Assembly: GCA_964532335.1 (NCBI GenBank)
Contig: CAZHHV010000005.1
Coordinates: 1-33,848 of the forward strand
Origin: an uncultured Nitrospiraceae bacterium
GTDB taxonomy: Bacteria > Nitrospirota > Thermodesulfovibrionia > Thermodesulfovibrionales > UBA1546
Length of the DNA stretch: 33,848 bases
Reading direction: 5' to 3'
Position numbers and translations under genes: made by a program. The notes beneath the pieces are model-generated. The model ran no database searches. It was not told where the DNA came from and saw nothing but the letters and a program-made list of their open reading frames with translations. Positions 1-8,248 of this stretch are shown here, piece by piece. The stretch's first letter is position 1. Each line of letters opens with the position of its first letter.

Positions 1-3000
1 GAACATCTTCTGCCCTTTAATTGCCCGTCTCCAGCCCTTGCATGCCTTTGTGCCGCCATCGCATCCGTTAAAACCAGCAGCGCTAATATTGTTTTCTATA
101 CAAGCAATCGCATCTGTATCAAGTTTATCTGTGCAGTTGTATGGAGAAGTAGTCGGCACTCCTGTGCCTGATATCTTCGCATTGTTTACCTTTAGAATTA
201 CCTTGTTATCATCACAAGTCCCGCCTGTCGGGCATTGACTGGCAAGCGAGCATGACTGGGATGTATTGTTACTGCAAACCTTATTGGCTTCGCAGCTGCC
301 TGAGCAGTCGCCGGTTGAAGTACAGGCAATTGTGCTCATAAGCTGTCCTGCGCAGAAACAGCCAGCTTCCACTGCCTTTGCGCCTGTAAATTTGATATTG
401 CTTGTATCAAGGAAATATTTAACAGGATCATCGTATGTGCAGGTGGCGCCTCCGCTCTTCCAGCAAGCATCAGGCTCCTTTACGCCATAAAGATATTCCA
501 GATAACTAATTGCCGGAGCTACCGGCTCACAAGTTCCTGAAGGACAATCCGAGTCTTCAGTGCATACAGTGGTTGTCGCAGCGCTGCAATAGGCAGTGGG
601 GGCTACATGCTCAAGGCTTAGATATACCCCTGTTCCGAAATAAAGCCATTTAGTCCCGACAGCATCCTGCGCTACCTCAGAAGCGGCAAATATGGGCCTT
701 CCGGCATTAACTACGGTTTCTATGTCCCAGTCTGAAACCGTGGTCTGATATTTTGGGATAGGTGGAGAGTCGGCAGTATCACCATCCCTTATCCTCAGCC
801 TGTAAAACTTCCCTGTCTGGGATGCGCCTGTGCCTCCGTAAGTGCCGAAGTAAAGAGCATCAACCTGATAATCGCTGTCATAGTCAACAGCCATCATATC
901 GCCGACAGCAACTCCTGAGGCTCCGATGTCAAGCCCGCTCTCTGTCCCTGTAGGCTGTGCCCCTGTTCTGAGATCAAAGACATAAATCCTCGCATTGCTG
1001 CTTTTATAACTTACTGTATTTGTTCCAACAGCTGTAGCCCCGCTGCCGAATACTAAATACCATGTGCCGTTTTTAGCTGTATCCCCGAGTCTCACAAGAG
1101 CAGGCGTGCCTGATGTGAGAGTTCCGTCAGGCAAGGGTCTTTCCCACAGAAGTTTAGGGCTTGCCGGGTCGGTAATATCAAGGACGAAAACAGAAGAGCT
1201 CCATGTGTTTGAGCCGACTGTTATCTGTTTACCTCCAATTCCCATTGCGCCTATGAGGAGCCTTCTCCATACACAGTTTGTGCCGTTAGCATTACAGGTT
1301 CTAACATCAAGTGCCTTAGCATCTGTATCCCCACTATCAACAGTCCCGCTCGCATCATAGTCTATTGAGGCGTCCACAACAGTGAACCTGGCGTCAACCA
1401 TCGGTATGTGGCAGTATGACTCATCGCAATACCACTTGAGGTACGGAACGGCATTATACGGTATATACGCCCAGAGTTCCTTGCCTATACAGCCTCCTGT
1501 GGTGCAATCAGTGTCCGGCGCTGAATCAGTATCTGGCGGATCATTACTAAACCTTGCTGTCTGATAGCCGTCTGTTACAGCGCCTTTATCATTGCATGAC
1601 GCATCCCCATAGCAATTATCCTCGGCAGGGCTTAGATCTTTAATCTTGCTTACCTGAAATGCATGAACCATGCCGTCATTGGCGCCAACAATAACTATTG
1701 GCGTTGCGTTCGTAATTGTAGCGCTTCCTTTAAAATTCTTGTATGAATCGTCGCTATATGTAACATCGTATCCGTTCACAGCAGAGTTAGGTGATATTCT
1801 CGGGGTTGAATAAACAATATCGCCGAGCTTAAGCGTAGTTGTATTGTCAGCAGTTGTTATCGTCTCATGCCTCAGCCTGAATGCATTGCCCGGAGATGTA
1901 ATTGCAGCACTCGCATTTTTGGGCCTGTCATAACCAAGGGCAAATTTAATCACCTGTGTTGCACAGTTGTCAGTATCGCACTCTGCATTGCAGGTATCGC
2001 CAGTGGTGCAGGTGTCGGTTGTGACGCATCCGCTTAGAGGGGCAGAGCCAACGTAACTGTTAATACAGTTATTGTCATCTGGTTCAGCGTTGTTGTTTAA
2101 ACACAGTTGTGTTGTATCAAGAGTGCATTTTGCCTTGCATGTTCCAGCAGTCCCGCTCACTGTACATGCATTGCCTAACCCCTCAGTAGCGCAGTCAGTT
2201 GTGCCGTCAACATCACATACGAGACTTCCGCCGGTATTACATGTCCCACTATATTCATAACAGTCACCAACGCAGACACCACTTGCATCATCACATGCAG
2301 CGCCTGCATTAATACCCGTACATCCCCCGGTCTCATCACTACAGGTTAAGGCTGTAGAACATTTTCGTGTTTTTCTTCCGTCGCAGAAATAGCAGTCGCT
2401 GGCTTCGGTTCCGGTGCATCCCCTGTCAACACTATATGTCCCCCTAAGCGTAGTGCAGTAATTGCAATCCGAGCCTTGCGCGCACCAACGGCTTGAGTAA
2501 AGATTGCAAGAACCTGTGTAGTTCCAGAAAGGCTGGAGGGTAGAGGCAAGAGAAGTTGTAAAACTACAAAAACCAGAATAAGGCGCTGAACCAGTGCAGG
2601 TTGAACTGCTAACCTTTCCTGCTTTGCCGTCTGCGGTGGAGGTGTCACCGAGTCCTATCTTTATAGTCCTGTCAGACGGAGACCTTGCCAGAAGCTTGTC
2701 CTGAGCGTTCCAGATAGCAAGGATATTGTCATTGAGTTTTGTTGTCACCTTTGATGTTTCACTCGGGTCACAGGTGTCAATCGTAAGGTATGGCGATTCA
2801 TTTTTTACCGCGAAGGTCCTGCCCTTATATGCGACAAGGTCCGGGTCATAATAAAAAGAAAGGATATTGTCTTTTTTAAGGTCCAGCCAGCCTGTATTCA
2901 GGGTGTCCTCACGGAGGTTTGCGCCGGAGTCAGACCAGAGGAGCCTGAGATAGCCAAGCCACCTGAGCGGTGTGTTTTCTCTTTTCGGATAAAAATATGC

Positions 3001-4581
3001 CTGTGTAAGCGTTGAGGATTCCCTGGTCTGGGTTGTAAGGGTTGCAACTGTTGACGCGGATGCGGATGTTGAAAGTATGTTAAGAAAAGCCTCTTCAATC
3101 TTTGATTTAAGCTTGGCCGGATTATCAACTGATATATATTCACCGCCGCCGACTGTTTTGGCTGCGTATGTGAGCTGTGTTGCATTCCCTGAACCGCTGC
3201 CATAGAAAGTTGTATGCACAACATAAGTCCTGATATTTTGTTTCTTCTCAGGGGCAACAGGGTCAACGTAGAGGTCTTTATTAAAACCATAGCAGGCAGC
3301 TTTTACGAATTCATCTGTATAAGTCAGACTGTCGCATGCGGGTGCCACTTCTGTTAAATCCAGCGCTGCACCGCCAGTCATATCTGCGCCTGTTGTCACA
3401 AAGATTGCAAAGGTCTTCCTGCATTTATATGCAGGGTCAGTGCTCCACTTATAAGGCGTCTGCGTATAGGCGCTATCTTTATCTTCATACGTAGATGAAT
3501 TGCCTTTAAAATAATTTATGATGTCCTTCATCATAGTTCCGAGGGGAGCGGTAGGAGTTGCAGGCGGGTCTATTCCAGGCTCTTTTGAAAAGGCATTTAA
3601 ATACTCTTTTAAAAGCGTTGTCTTGGTTGTAGACGAGCAGGTGGGAGGTGAAGCTTCATCACAAAGAATATCCCTGTCTCTATCGCTAGACGCTGTGCCT
3701 GTCATCCATCTCCTCAGGCCAAAGCGCGGCGCATCAGAATCATATACATAGTCTGAGTTCTTATCAGCGTACTGTTGTATAAGCCCCTTCCTGTCTTCGT
3801 CTGTGAATTTCATTGCAACCGTGCCTGAACCAAGACAGTTTGCTGCGTTTTTACATTTTGCAGGGGTATTGGGATTAGGGCATGAAGGCGCAACAAGTCC
3901 TGCCAGTCCATTAACTGTTACCGTTGCCTCAGGATTACCTTTTGACATGCAGAATCTGTATGTGTAATCATTTGTGCCATTCCCGTCTGTATCAACGCTA
4001 ACAGTTACAGTTACATCGTTGTTGCCATCCTCAAACTGCCCGTAACTAATCGGTGTAGGAGCACTTCCATTAAAATTACCTGAATAAGTATAGACATCCC
4101 CTGCGCCTTGACTCACAACAGCCTTTGGCCAGCCAAATCCAACGAGAACCTTTCTTGAAAGGTCAAGAGATGTCATCAATGCCCAGTTCAGGATATCGCC
4201 CGGGATGCATCGATACCGGGCGAGACCTGCATCTGTAGTGCATGTGGATGACTTTTCAAAATAATTTGGGCTGAAATACTTATTCGTTTCATTATCAACA
4301 GCGAATTTATAGTAAATAAGATTAAGATTGCTATCCCTTGAATCAAAAAAGCCATAGTAGGGGTTAGCCGCATCACGAGTGTATGTAGTTGAATAGGCGC
4401 GCTTTGCAATAGCAGAGCCTTTCTCATAAACAAACATTACATTAGGCGTGGTGTTCGGGTCGGTGACAAATGGAGGAAGGTAACAGTAATCAGCCATCTG
4501 AGGGGCGGCGTAAAGCGAAGTGGTCAGTGTCAGTGTCAGTATTAATGTAAGTATTATCTTTATCGCTGCGGTTTTAAACAT
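1..4581 (-). CDS. pilY1: PilY1/PilC-like type IV pilus tip adhesin (vWA-like N-terminal part plus beta-propeller), 3'-partial because it runs off the window start
   Basis: Absent from the supplied ORF track. I checked every triplet of this minus frame (codon first positions at coordinates divisible by 3). There is no stop from 4611 down to 1, giving 1527 codons from ATG 4581-4579. GGAG lies 5 nt upstream. Signal peptide MFKTAAIKIILTLILTLTLTTSLYA/AP. Hallmark PilY1/PilC motifs appear in the right order: IVIVGANDGMVHAF (about 1657-1698), GKELWAYIPYN, WRRLLIGAMGIGG...VFVLDITDPASPKLLWE, and a Ca-site-like AVDYDSDYQVDALYFG (about 850-897). The vWA-like end is YAAKTVGGGEYISVDNPAKLKSKIEEAF. Confidence 0.8.
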   Translation of the reverse strand, partial: MFKTAAIKIILTLILTLTLTTSLYAAPQMADYCYLPPFVTDPNTTPNVMFVYEKGSAIAKRAYSTTYTRDAANPYYGFFDSRDSNLNLIYYKFAVDNETNKYFSPNYFEKSSTCTTDAGLARYRCIPGDILNWALMTSLDLSRKVLVGFGWPKAVVSQGAGDVYTYSGNFNGSAPTPISYGQFEDGNNDVTVTVSVDTDGNGTNDYTYRFCMSKGNPEATVTVNGLAGLVAPSCPNPNTPAKCKNAANCLGSGTVAMKFTDEDRKGLIQQYADKNSDYVYDSDAPRFGLRRWMTGTASSDRDRDILCDEASPPTCSSTTKTTLLKEYLNAFSKEPGIDPPATPTAPLGTMMKDIINYFKGNSSTYEDKDSAYTQTPYKWSTDPAYKCRKTFAIFVTTGADMTGGAALDLTEVAPACDSLTYTDEFVKAACYGFNKDLYVDPVAPEKKQNIRTYVVHTTFYGSGSGNATQLTYAAKTVGGGEYISVDNPAKLKSKIEEAFLNILSTSASASTVATLTTQTRESSTLTQAYFYPKRENTPLRWLGYLRLLWSDSGANLREDTLNTGWLDLKKDNILSFYYDPDLVAYKGRTFAVKNESPYLTIDTCDPSETSKVTTKLNDNILAIWNAQDKLLARSPSDRTIKIGLGDTSTADGKAGKVSSSTCTGSAPYSGFCSFTTSLASTLQPFWNYTGSCNLYSSRWCAQGSDCNYCTTLRGTYSVDRGCTGTEASDCYFCDGRKTRKCSTALTCSDETGGCTGINAGAACDDASGVCVGDCYEYSGTCNTGGSLVCDVDGTTDCATEGLGNACTVSGTAGTCKAKCTLDTTQLCLNNNAEPDDNNCINSYVGSAPLSGCVTTDTCTTGDTCNAECDTDNCATQVIKFALGYDRPKNASAAITSPGNAFRLRHETITTADNTTTLKLGDIVYSTPRISPNSAVNGYDVTYSDDSYKNFKGSATITNATPIVIVGANDGMVHAFQVSKIKDLSPAEDNCYGDASCNDKGAVTDGYQTARFSNDPPDTDSAPDTDCTTGGCIGKELWAYIPYNAVPYLKWYCDESYCHIPMVDARFTVVDASIDYDASGTVDSGDTDAKALDVRTCNANGTNCVWRRLLIGAMGIGGKQITVGSNTWSSSVFVLDITDPASPKLLWERPLPDGTLTSGTPALVRLGDTAKNGTWYLVFGSGATAVGTNTVSYKSSNARIYVFDLRTGAQPTGTESGLDIGASGVAVGDMMAVDYDSDYQVDALYFGTYGGTGASQTGKFYRLRIRDGDTADSPPIPKYQTTVSDWDIETVVNAGRPIFAASEVAQDAVGTKWLYFGTGVYLSLEHVAPTAYCSAATTTVCTEDSDCPSGTCEPVAPAISYLEYLYGVKEPDACWKSGGATCTYDDPVKYFLDTSNIKFTGAKAVEAGCFCAGQLMSTIACTSTGDCSGSCEANKVCSNNTSQSCSLASQCPTGGTCDDNKVILKVNNAKISGTGVPTTSPYNCTDKLDTDAIACIENNISAAGFNGCDGGTKACKGWRRAIKGQKMF

Positions 4582-4759
4582 CGTTACTCCTTTTAAAATC
4601 CTCTTTTGCAATTAAAACCATACCACTTAATAAGAATTCTGCAACTTCCATACCAAAAAGAAATCTTTGCCAATTAAGGGGTTGCGGCGTCAATACGATA
4701 GAATTTTATGTAACAGACTTCCAGAGTGTGTAATGGATTACATAGCAGGGCGGGGTATT

Positions 4760-5164
4760 CTATTTTGATATTAAGCTCTTTGTTTTCTCTATAAACTCTC
4801 TGATATCAGGAATCCTGTCTTTAACAGTAATGATATTCTGCCAGTTGATTTTCAGGTATTGATGAACGGTCTCGTTCCTATGTTTAACCAATGGAGCGAT
4901 TTTCAGCGCTGTATCTCCGATGAATTCATAACAGGCAAGAATCGTGTCTTTATAAGTCTCTGGAATATTTCTCTTCTGTCCTTTCAGAATCTCCTCTGAT
5001 ATATCAACAATGCACAGTATTATGTCGTTTATCGTTTTATCGAGGATGTTCCTTATGTCCCTGTCTGCGAAATACCTGTCTCGGTCAATGCCATCAATCT
5101 TGCGAAGAAAATAATCCATGGTCTCTGCAAGAAATAATAATAATTTATCAAGTCTGTTGTTCAT
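4760..5164 (-). CDS. hepT: HEPN/DUF86 toxin (HepT-like) of an MNT-HEPN toxin-antitoxin pair
   Basis: 134 aa. Rx4H HEPN motif in LVKHRNETVHQYL. ATGA start/stop overlap (5161-5164) with the upstream nucleotidyltransferase gene. Confidence 0.8.
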   Translation of the reverse strand: MNNRLDKLLLFLAETMDYFLRKIDGIDRDRYFADRDIRNILDKTINDIILCIVDISEEILKGQKRNIPETYKDTILACYEFIGDTALKIAPLVKHRNETVHQYLKINWQNIITVKDRIPDIREFIEKTKSLISK

Positions 5165-5562
5165 GTTTGCCCGGCAGCAATCGCCCTCTTATATCTTATG
5201 TCTTCTGATTGGTGCAGTGCGCGATGGGCAACCCTGTAGAGTGTCTCCATGTCCGGTTCTATTAATGGAATCCCTTTGAGAGATTCCTGAATAATAAACG
5301 GCGATTCGTCTTCATCGTCAAGTCTCAGCACTTCAACCGGTCTTTCAGCAGCCATTAATATTGAATCTGTAATCACGACTGCTTCTTTTTCATCAGATGT
5401 GTTTATGTATATTGCTAAGTCAATGTCAGACCTTTGATGTTGTGTCCCTTTTACATACGAGCCATAAAGATAGGCAAGCAATATCTTGCCGCTCTTTCTA
5501 AATCTTTCCAGTGTTTCTTTTAAGGCGTTTATTTCAGGGTTTTCTTTCATCTGTGGAGACAT
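5161..5562 (-). CDS. mntA: Minimal nucleotidyltransferase antitoxin (MntA-like)
   Basis: 133 aa. Pol-beta-type NTase motif LYGSYVKGTQHQRSDIDLAIY (GS...DxD). Translationally coupled to the HEPN gene downstream. Confidence 0.85.
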   Translation of the reverse strand: MSPQMKENPEINALKETLERFRKSGKILLAYLYGSYVKGTQHQRSDIDLAIYINTSDEKEAVVITDSILMAAERPVEVLRLDDEDESPFIIQESLKGIPLIEPDMETLYRVAHRALHQSEDIRYKRAIAAGQT

Positions 5563-5577
5563 TATATCACGATTCCC

Positions 5578-6153
5578 TTAACTCCGTGGCGTCCAGACCT
5601 TTCCTTTGTCTATGATATGCTCCACCTGCCAGCCGCGCATGTGAAGCTCTCTTGAAATCCACCTCCTGTGGCACTTCCACGGGAATCGCTCGGCGCAGAT
5701 AATTACAGCATTATGCCCGACTATTGACATGTCATGCCGCACTTGCCTGCCCTCGAAGTCCTTAATCGGGGGATGCGGCATCCAGTCTTTGTTGCGCTGG
5801 ATTCCCGCTTTCGCGGGAATGACAAAAGGGGCAGGAATGACTGCCTTGCGGTCGGATTGCAAAGCAATCTGCTCCAGTTTATCAATCCCTTTTCTAAAAT
5901 CTTCCGTTTCAATATATGCCTCATAGCCTCCTTTCCTGAAACCGCCGAGTTCTTTGCCGAGAAAGATATAGCTTATGCCTTCTTTTTTCAGAAGGTTTTC
6001 AAGGTTCTCTTTCGTAAATACCGGCAGTTTGCTCTTTGGAAAGCTTCTGACATCAATAAGGGTTTTGATGTCATAGTTAAAAAGGATTTCTATGAAATCC
6101 TCCTCGCTTCTTCTGGATGTGCCGAGGGTGTAGACTTTTTTCATCTTTTTCAT
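5578..6153 (-). CDS. DUF488 family protein carrying a 37-codon in-frame repeat-element insertion
   Basis: DUF488-like N-terminus (YTLGTSRRSEEDFIEIL...LIDVRSFPKS) and C-terminal core (VIICAERFPWKCHRRWISREL...VEHI). The segment VIPAPFVIPAKAGIQRNKDWMPHPPIKDFEGRQVRHD is encoded by the repeat at 5731-5841. Confidence 0.8.
   Translation of the reverse strand: MKKMKKVYTLGTSRRSEEDFIEILFNYDIKTLIDVRSFPKSKLPVFTKENLENLLKKEGISYIFLGKELGGFRKGGYEAYIETEDFRKGIDKLEQIALQSDRKAVIPAPFVIPAKAGIQRNKDWMPHPPIKDFEGRQVRHDMSIVGHNAVIICAERFPWKCHRRWISRELHMRGWQVEHIIDKGKVWTPRS
5731..5841. repeat. 111-bp GTCAT...ATGAC structured element (MITE-like) inside the DUF488 CDS
   Basis: Minus-strand reading: gtcattcctgcccc / gtcattcccgcgaaagcgggaatcc (hairpin) / ggatgccgcatcc (hairpin) / gggcaggcaagtgcggcatgac. 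The units match those of the intergenic cluster at 8083-8192. The length is an exact multiple of 3. Confidence 0.75.
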
Positions 6154-6163
6154 CTGAGAATAT

Positions 6164-6568
6164 TTATACCCAAAATATATCCGCTAAATGTGCAATCTTT
6201 TTGAATTCAGGGTCTCCTGTAACTATCACAGCCTCCAGTTCTACGGCGGAGGCAAGAACAAAACAATCGGCATACGAGATGCTGTATTGCCCATTATACT
6301 CAGCTGCCTGAAATATCAGGCTGTTGGGCGCCGGTAAAATCGTAAAATTCAATCTTTCTATGTTTGCAAGCGCTTCTAATTTTTTCTGATCGCCGAACTC
6401 CCTTTTGGTTGAATATATTATCTCTCCAAGATTGATTGCATTGATATATTTTACGCTTTCTACCTTCTTTATATCTTCAAGAAGACGGCTTATCTTCTCA
6501 TAGCCTCTTTCTTTCTGAAAGAGCTTAAGCAGTGCATAACTATCAAATATATGAGCAGTTTTCTTCAT
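6164..6568 (-). CDS. vapC: PIN-domain toxin (VapC-like)
   Basis: 134 aa. N-terminal acidic residue in IFDSYALL and C-terminal VIVTGDPEF typical of PIN. ATGA overlap with the upstream AbrB-type gene. Confidence 0.75.
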   Translation of the reverse strand: MKKTAHIFDSYALLKLFQKERGYEKISRLLEDIKKVESVKYINAINLGEIIYSTKREFGDQKKLEALANIERLNFTILPAPNSLIFQAAEYNGQYSISYADCFVLASAVELEAVIVTGDPEFKKIAHLADIFWV

Positions 6569-6795
6569 TGTCTGAATTCACCTTTACGCTCTTTTAGAAG
6601 CCGCTCTGACAACGAAGGTTTGGGTGGCAAAATCCCGCAAGCTGCATTTACGGCGTCTTCGACAGGCGGGATGAGATAGATAATCCCTCCGTATTCCATA
6701 ATCTGGATTTTCACGCCCGGTTTTATGTGATATTTTTTTCTCATCTCAGCCGGTATAACAATCTGCCCTTTGGACAGAGTTTTAACAGTTGCCAT
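6565..6795 (-). CDS. vapB: AbrB/MazE/SpoVT-type antitoxin (VapB-like)
   Basis: 76 aa. TLSKGQIVIPAEMRKKYHIKPGVKIQI is a typical SpoVT-AbrB swapped-hairpin motif. Confidence 0.8.
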   Translation of the reverse strand: MATVKTLSKGQIVIPAEMRKKYHIKPGVKIQIMEYGGIIYLIPPVEDAVNAACGILPPKPSLSERLLKERKGEFRQ

Positions 6796-6903
6796 AATGT
6801 TTAACCTCCTAATAAAAAGTTTTACTATTTAATCTAAGTGTATAACCACATAAACCGTTTGTCAAGTATAGAAATTTTCCGTCCCTCTGTGATAAATTAG
6901 TAA

Positions 6904-6938
6904 ACCCCGTTAGAAAGGGCGGGGTTTTCTAACGGGGT
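6904..6938. repeat. Palindromic element ACCCCGTTAGAAA-N9-TTTCTAACGGGGT (intergenic copy)
   Basis: 13-bp perfect arms at 6904-6916 and 6926-6938, loop gggcggggt. The same arms recur at 8790-8820. Confidence 0.85.
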
Positions 6939-6989
6939 AAATCCAAAATAATCAACGGCCTACGGCTCGTAGAGAAAGGATTTTGATAG

Positions 6990-8012
6990 ATGGTTAAGAA
7001 GAAGGCAAAATACATTGTTGCCGTTGTCGGCGCAACAGGCGCAGTCGGAAACGAGATGATTGCAACCCTCGAGCAAAGGAACTTTCCGGTTGAAAAACTC
7101 AGGCTTTTTGCCTCAGAGCTTTCTGAGGGCAAAAAACTTGAATTTCAGGGAAATGAGATTCCGGTAAAGGCTTTGACTGAAGCTTCATTTAAGGGGATTG
7201 ACATTGCGCTTTTCTCTGCGGGCGCCGAGAGGTCCAAGATATGGGCGCCGGTTGCGGCAAAATCAGGATGTGTTGTAGTTGACAATTCAAGCCAGTGGAG
7301 GATGGACCCTGAAGTGCCGCTTGTTGTGCCCGAGGTTAACAGCCATGACCTGAAATGGCATAAGGGGATTATCGCAAACCCGAACTGCTCAACGATTCAG
7401 ATGGTTGTGGTCTTAAAGCCTATACATGATGCTGCAAAGATAAAGAGGGTTGTTGTTACGACATTTCAGTCTGTTTCAGGCACAGGCAAGAAGGCAATGG
7501 ATGAGCTCTTTCAGCAGACAGCCGACATCCTGAATTTCAAGGAAGTAAAATGCAATGTCTATCCTCATCAGATAGCATTTAACGTGCTTCCTCACATAGA
7601 CAAGTTTCTTGAGAACGGCTATACGAAAGAAGAGATGAAGATGGTGAATGAGACAAGGAAGATAATGGGGGACAATTCAATAAGGCTCACTGCGACCACA
7701 GTGCGCGTCCCTGTTTTCAGATGCCACTCTGAAAGCCTGAACATAGAGACAGAGAAAAAGATTACAGCGAACGAGGTGAGGGCTGTGCTTTCAAAAGCGC
7801 CGGGCATTGTTGTCTTTGATGCGCCTGAGAAAAATGTCTATCCTCTGCCTGTTGATGTTGCGGGGAAGGATGAGACTTATGCCGGCAGGATACGAGAGGA
7901 TGAGTCAATAGAAAACGGGATAAATATGTGGATAGTGGCTGACAATCTCAGAAAAGGCGCTGCGCTTAACGCTGTTCAGATAGCTGAAAAACTGATTGAG
8001 ATGGCGAAATGA
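6990..8012 (+). CDS. asd: Aspartate-semialdehyde dehydrogenase
   Basis: 340 aa. VAVVGATGAVG NAD(P) motif and active-site region IIANPNCSTIQMV. Full-length family-typical sequence. Confidence 0.97.
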   Translation: MVKKKAKYIVAVVGATGAVGNEMIATLEQRNFPVEKLRLFASELSEGKKLEFQGNEIPVKALTEASFKGIDIALFSAGAERSKIWAPVAAKSGCVVVDNSSQWRMDPEVPLVVPEVNSHDLKWHKGIIANPNCSTIQMVVVLKPIHDAAKIKRVVVTTFQSVSGTGKKAMDELFQQTADILNFKEVKCNVYPHQIAFNVLPHIDKFLENGYTKEEMKMVNETRKIMGDNSIRLTATTVRVPVFRCHSESLNIETEKKITANEVRAVLSKAPGIVVFDAPEKNVYPLPVDVAGKDETYAGRIREDESIENGINMWIVADNLRKGAALNAVQIAEKLIEMAK

Positions 8013-8082
8013 AGAACCCTGTAGCAAGACCGCAGGGTATCTTAAAATAGCGGCTCTATGTTTCATACACGAAACGAGTTTT

Positions 8083-8192
8083 GTCATTCCCGCTTGTCGG
8101 GAATCCTTCTCTTGTCATTCCGACTTGTTCGGAATCCTTCAGAAAGATTGCGGACAAGCCGCAATGACAAAATAGGGACAAGCCAGAATGAC
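8083..8192. repeat. 110-bp cluster of four roughly 24-bp hairpin units (two forward, two inverted), GTCAT...ATGAC element
   Basis: gtcattcccgcttgtcgggaatcc (8083-8106), gtcattccgacttgttcggaatcc (8114-8137), gattgcggacaagccgcaatgac (8146-8168, inverted), gggacaagccagaatgac (8175-8192, inverted). Lies between asd and the next gene. Confidence 0.85.
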
Positions 8193-8248
8193 AAGAATGA
8201 ATTTCATATTATTAAAACTCATAACTCTAAACCTTTAATCAATTCGCT

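Noticed and set aside
38-4433. Fourteen short track ORFs (60-134 aa, both strands) covering the first 4.5 kb
   Set aside because: All are off-frame or antisense shadows of the single 1527-codon PilY1-like ORF, which I verified codon by codon. None shows recognisable motifs.
4607-4626. Sigma-54-like promoter upstream of the PilY1-like gene (minus strand TGGTATGGTTTTAATTGCA)
   Set aside because: The GG-to-GC spacing is 15 (or 10 using the second GG) instead of the required 12, so it does not fit the -24/-12 consensus.
5721-6204. Track ORFs 5721-5924(-), 5729-5926(+), 5734-6204(+), and also 8058-8252(+)
   Set aside because: They translate repeat DNA (peptides such as IPAFAGMT, SFPRKRESS, CHSRLSGIL) or run antisense to DUF488. 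There is no independent coding evidence.
8016-8038. Rho-independent terminator after asd (accctg-N11-cagggt)
   Set aside because: It has only a 6-bp stem with an 11-nt loop and no T-tract. The repeat cluster downstream is a more plausible transcript-end structure.
8083-8192. Possible mini-CRISPR array (repeated ~24-bp units)
   Set aside because: The units occur in both orientations. The spacers are only 5-9 bp. Each unit is itself a hairpin. No cas genes are present. It is a palindromic repeat cluster.
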